Of a stretch of DNA of 64,000 bases, positions 63,968 through 64,000 are shown in pieces. How positions within the stretch are numbered: the first letter of the stretch is position 1; the number at the start of each line of letters is the position of its first letter. Under the pieces are notes generated by a model. That model saw nothing but the letters and a program-made list of their open reading frames with translations, was not told the origin of the DNA and did no database searches. The stretch lies in NCBI GenBank assembly GCA_951406725.2, contig OX597815.1:6262001-6326000 (forward strand), written 5' to 3'. Source of the DNA: Octopus vulgaris. Taxonomy: Eukaryota. Position numbers and translations under genes: made by a program.

Positions 63968-64000
<33 letters not shown>

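Overview
Repeat-saturated, AT-rich eukaryotic (animal) genomic DNA. The SINE, MITE and microsatellite content is what I recall from Octopus genomes; that species call is inference, not a database result. I cannot support any intact host protein-coding gene: nearly all listed ORFs are microsatellite or SINE read-through. The window holds several SINE families (many nested), five non-autonomous Helitrons, Tc1/mariner, pogo and hAT MITEs with recognisable TIRs or TSDs, and short RTE and restriction-like-endonuclease (R4/Dong-like) LINE remnants. It also has a 7.9 kb tandem array (32 unit starts of ~251 bp) built from a TTAA/piggyBac-type MITE. The most interesting hidden signal is a set of seven type I hammerhead-ribozyme motifs, from intact to degenerate. 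They sit in short dispersed repeats, mostly next to TA-rich microsatellites, and look like Penelope pseudo-LTR or non-LTR retrozyme elements. One has a ~97 nt extended stem II; another sits in a ~353 nt terminally redundant monomer. There are also several local fold-back duplications, including a 173 bp palindrome with perfect 86 bp arms, and a possible spliced non-coding/5'UTR structure near the right end. Coordinates were counted by eye; repeat boundaries may be off by a few bases.
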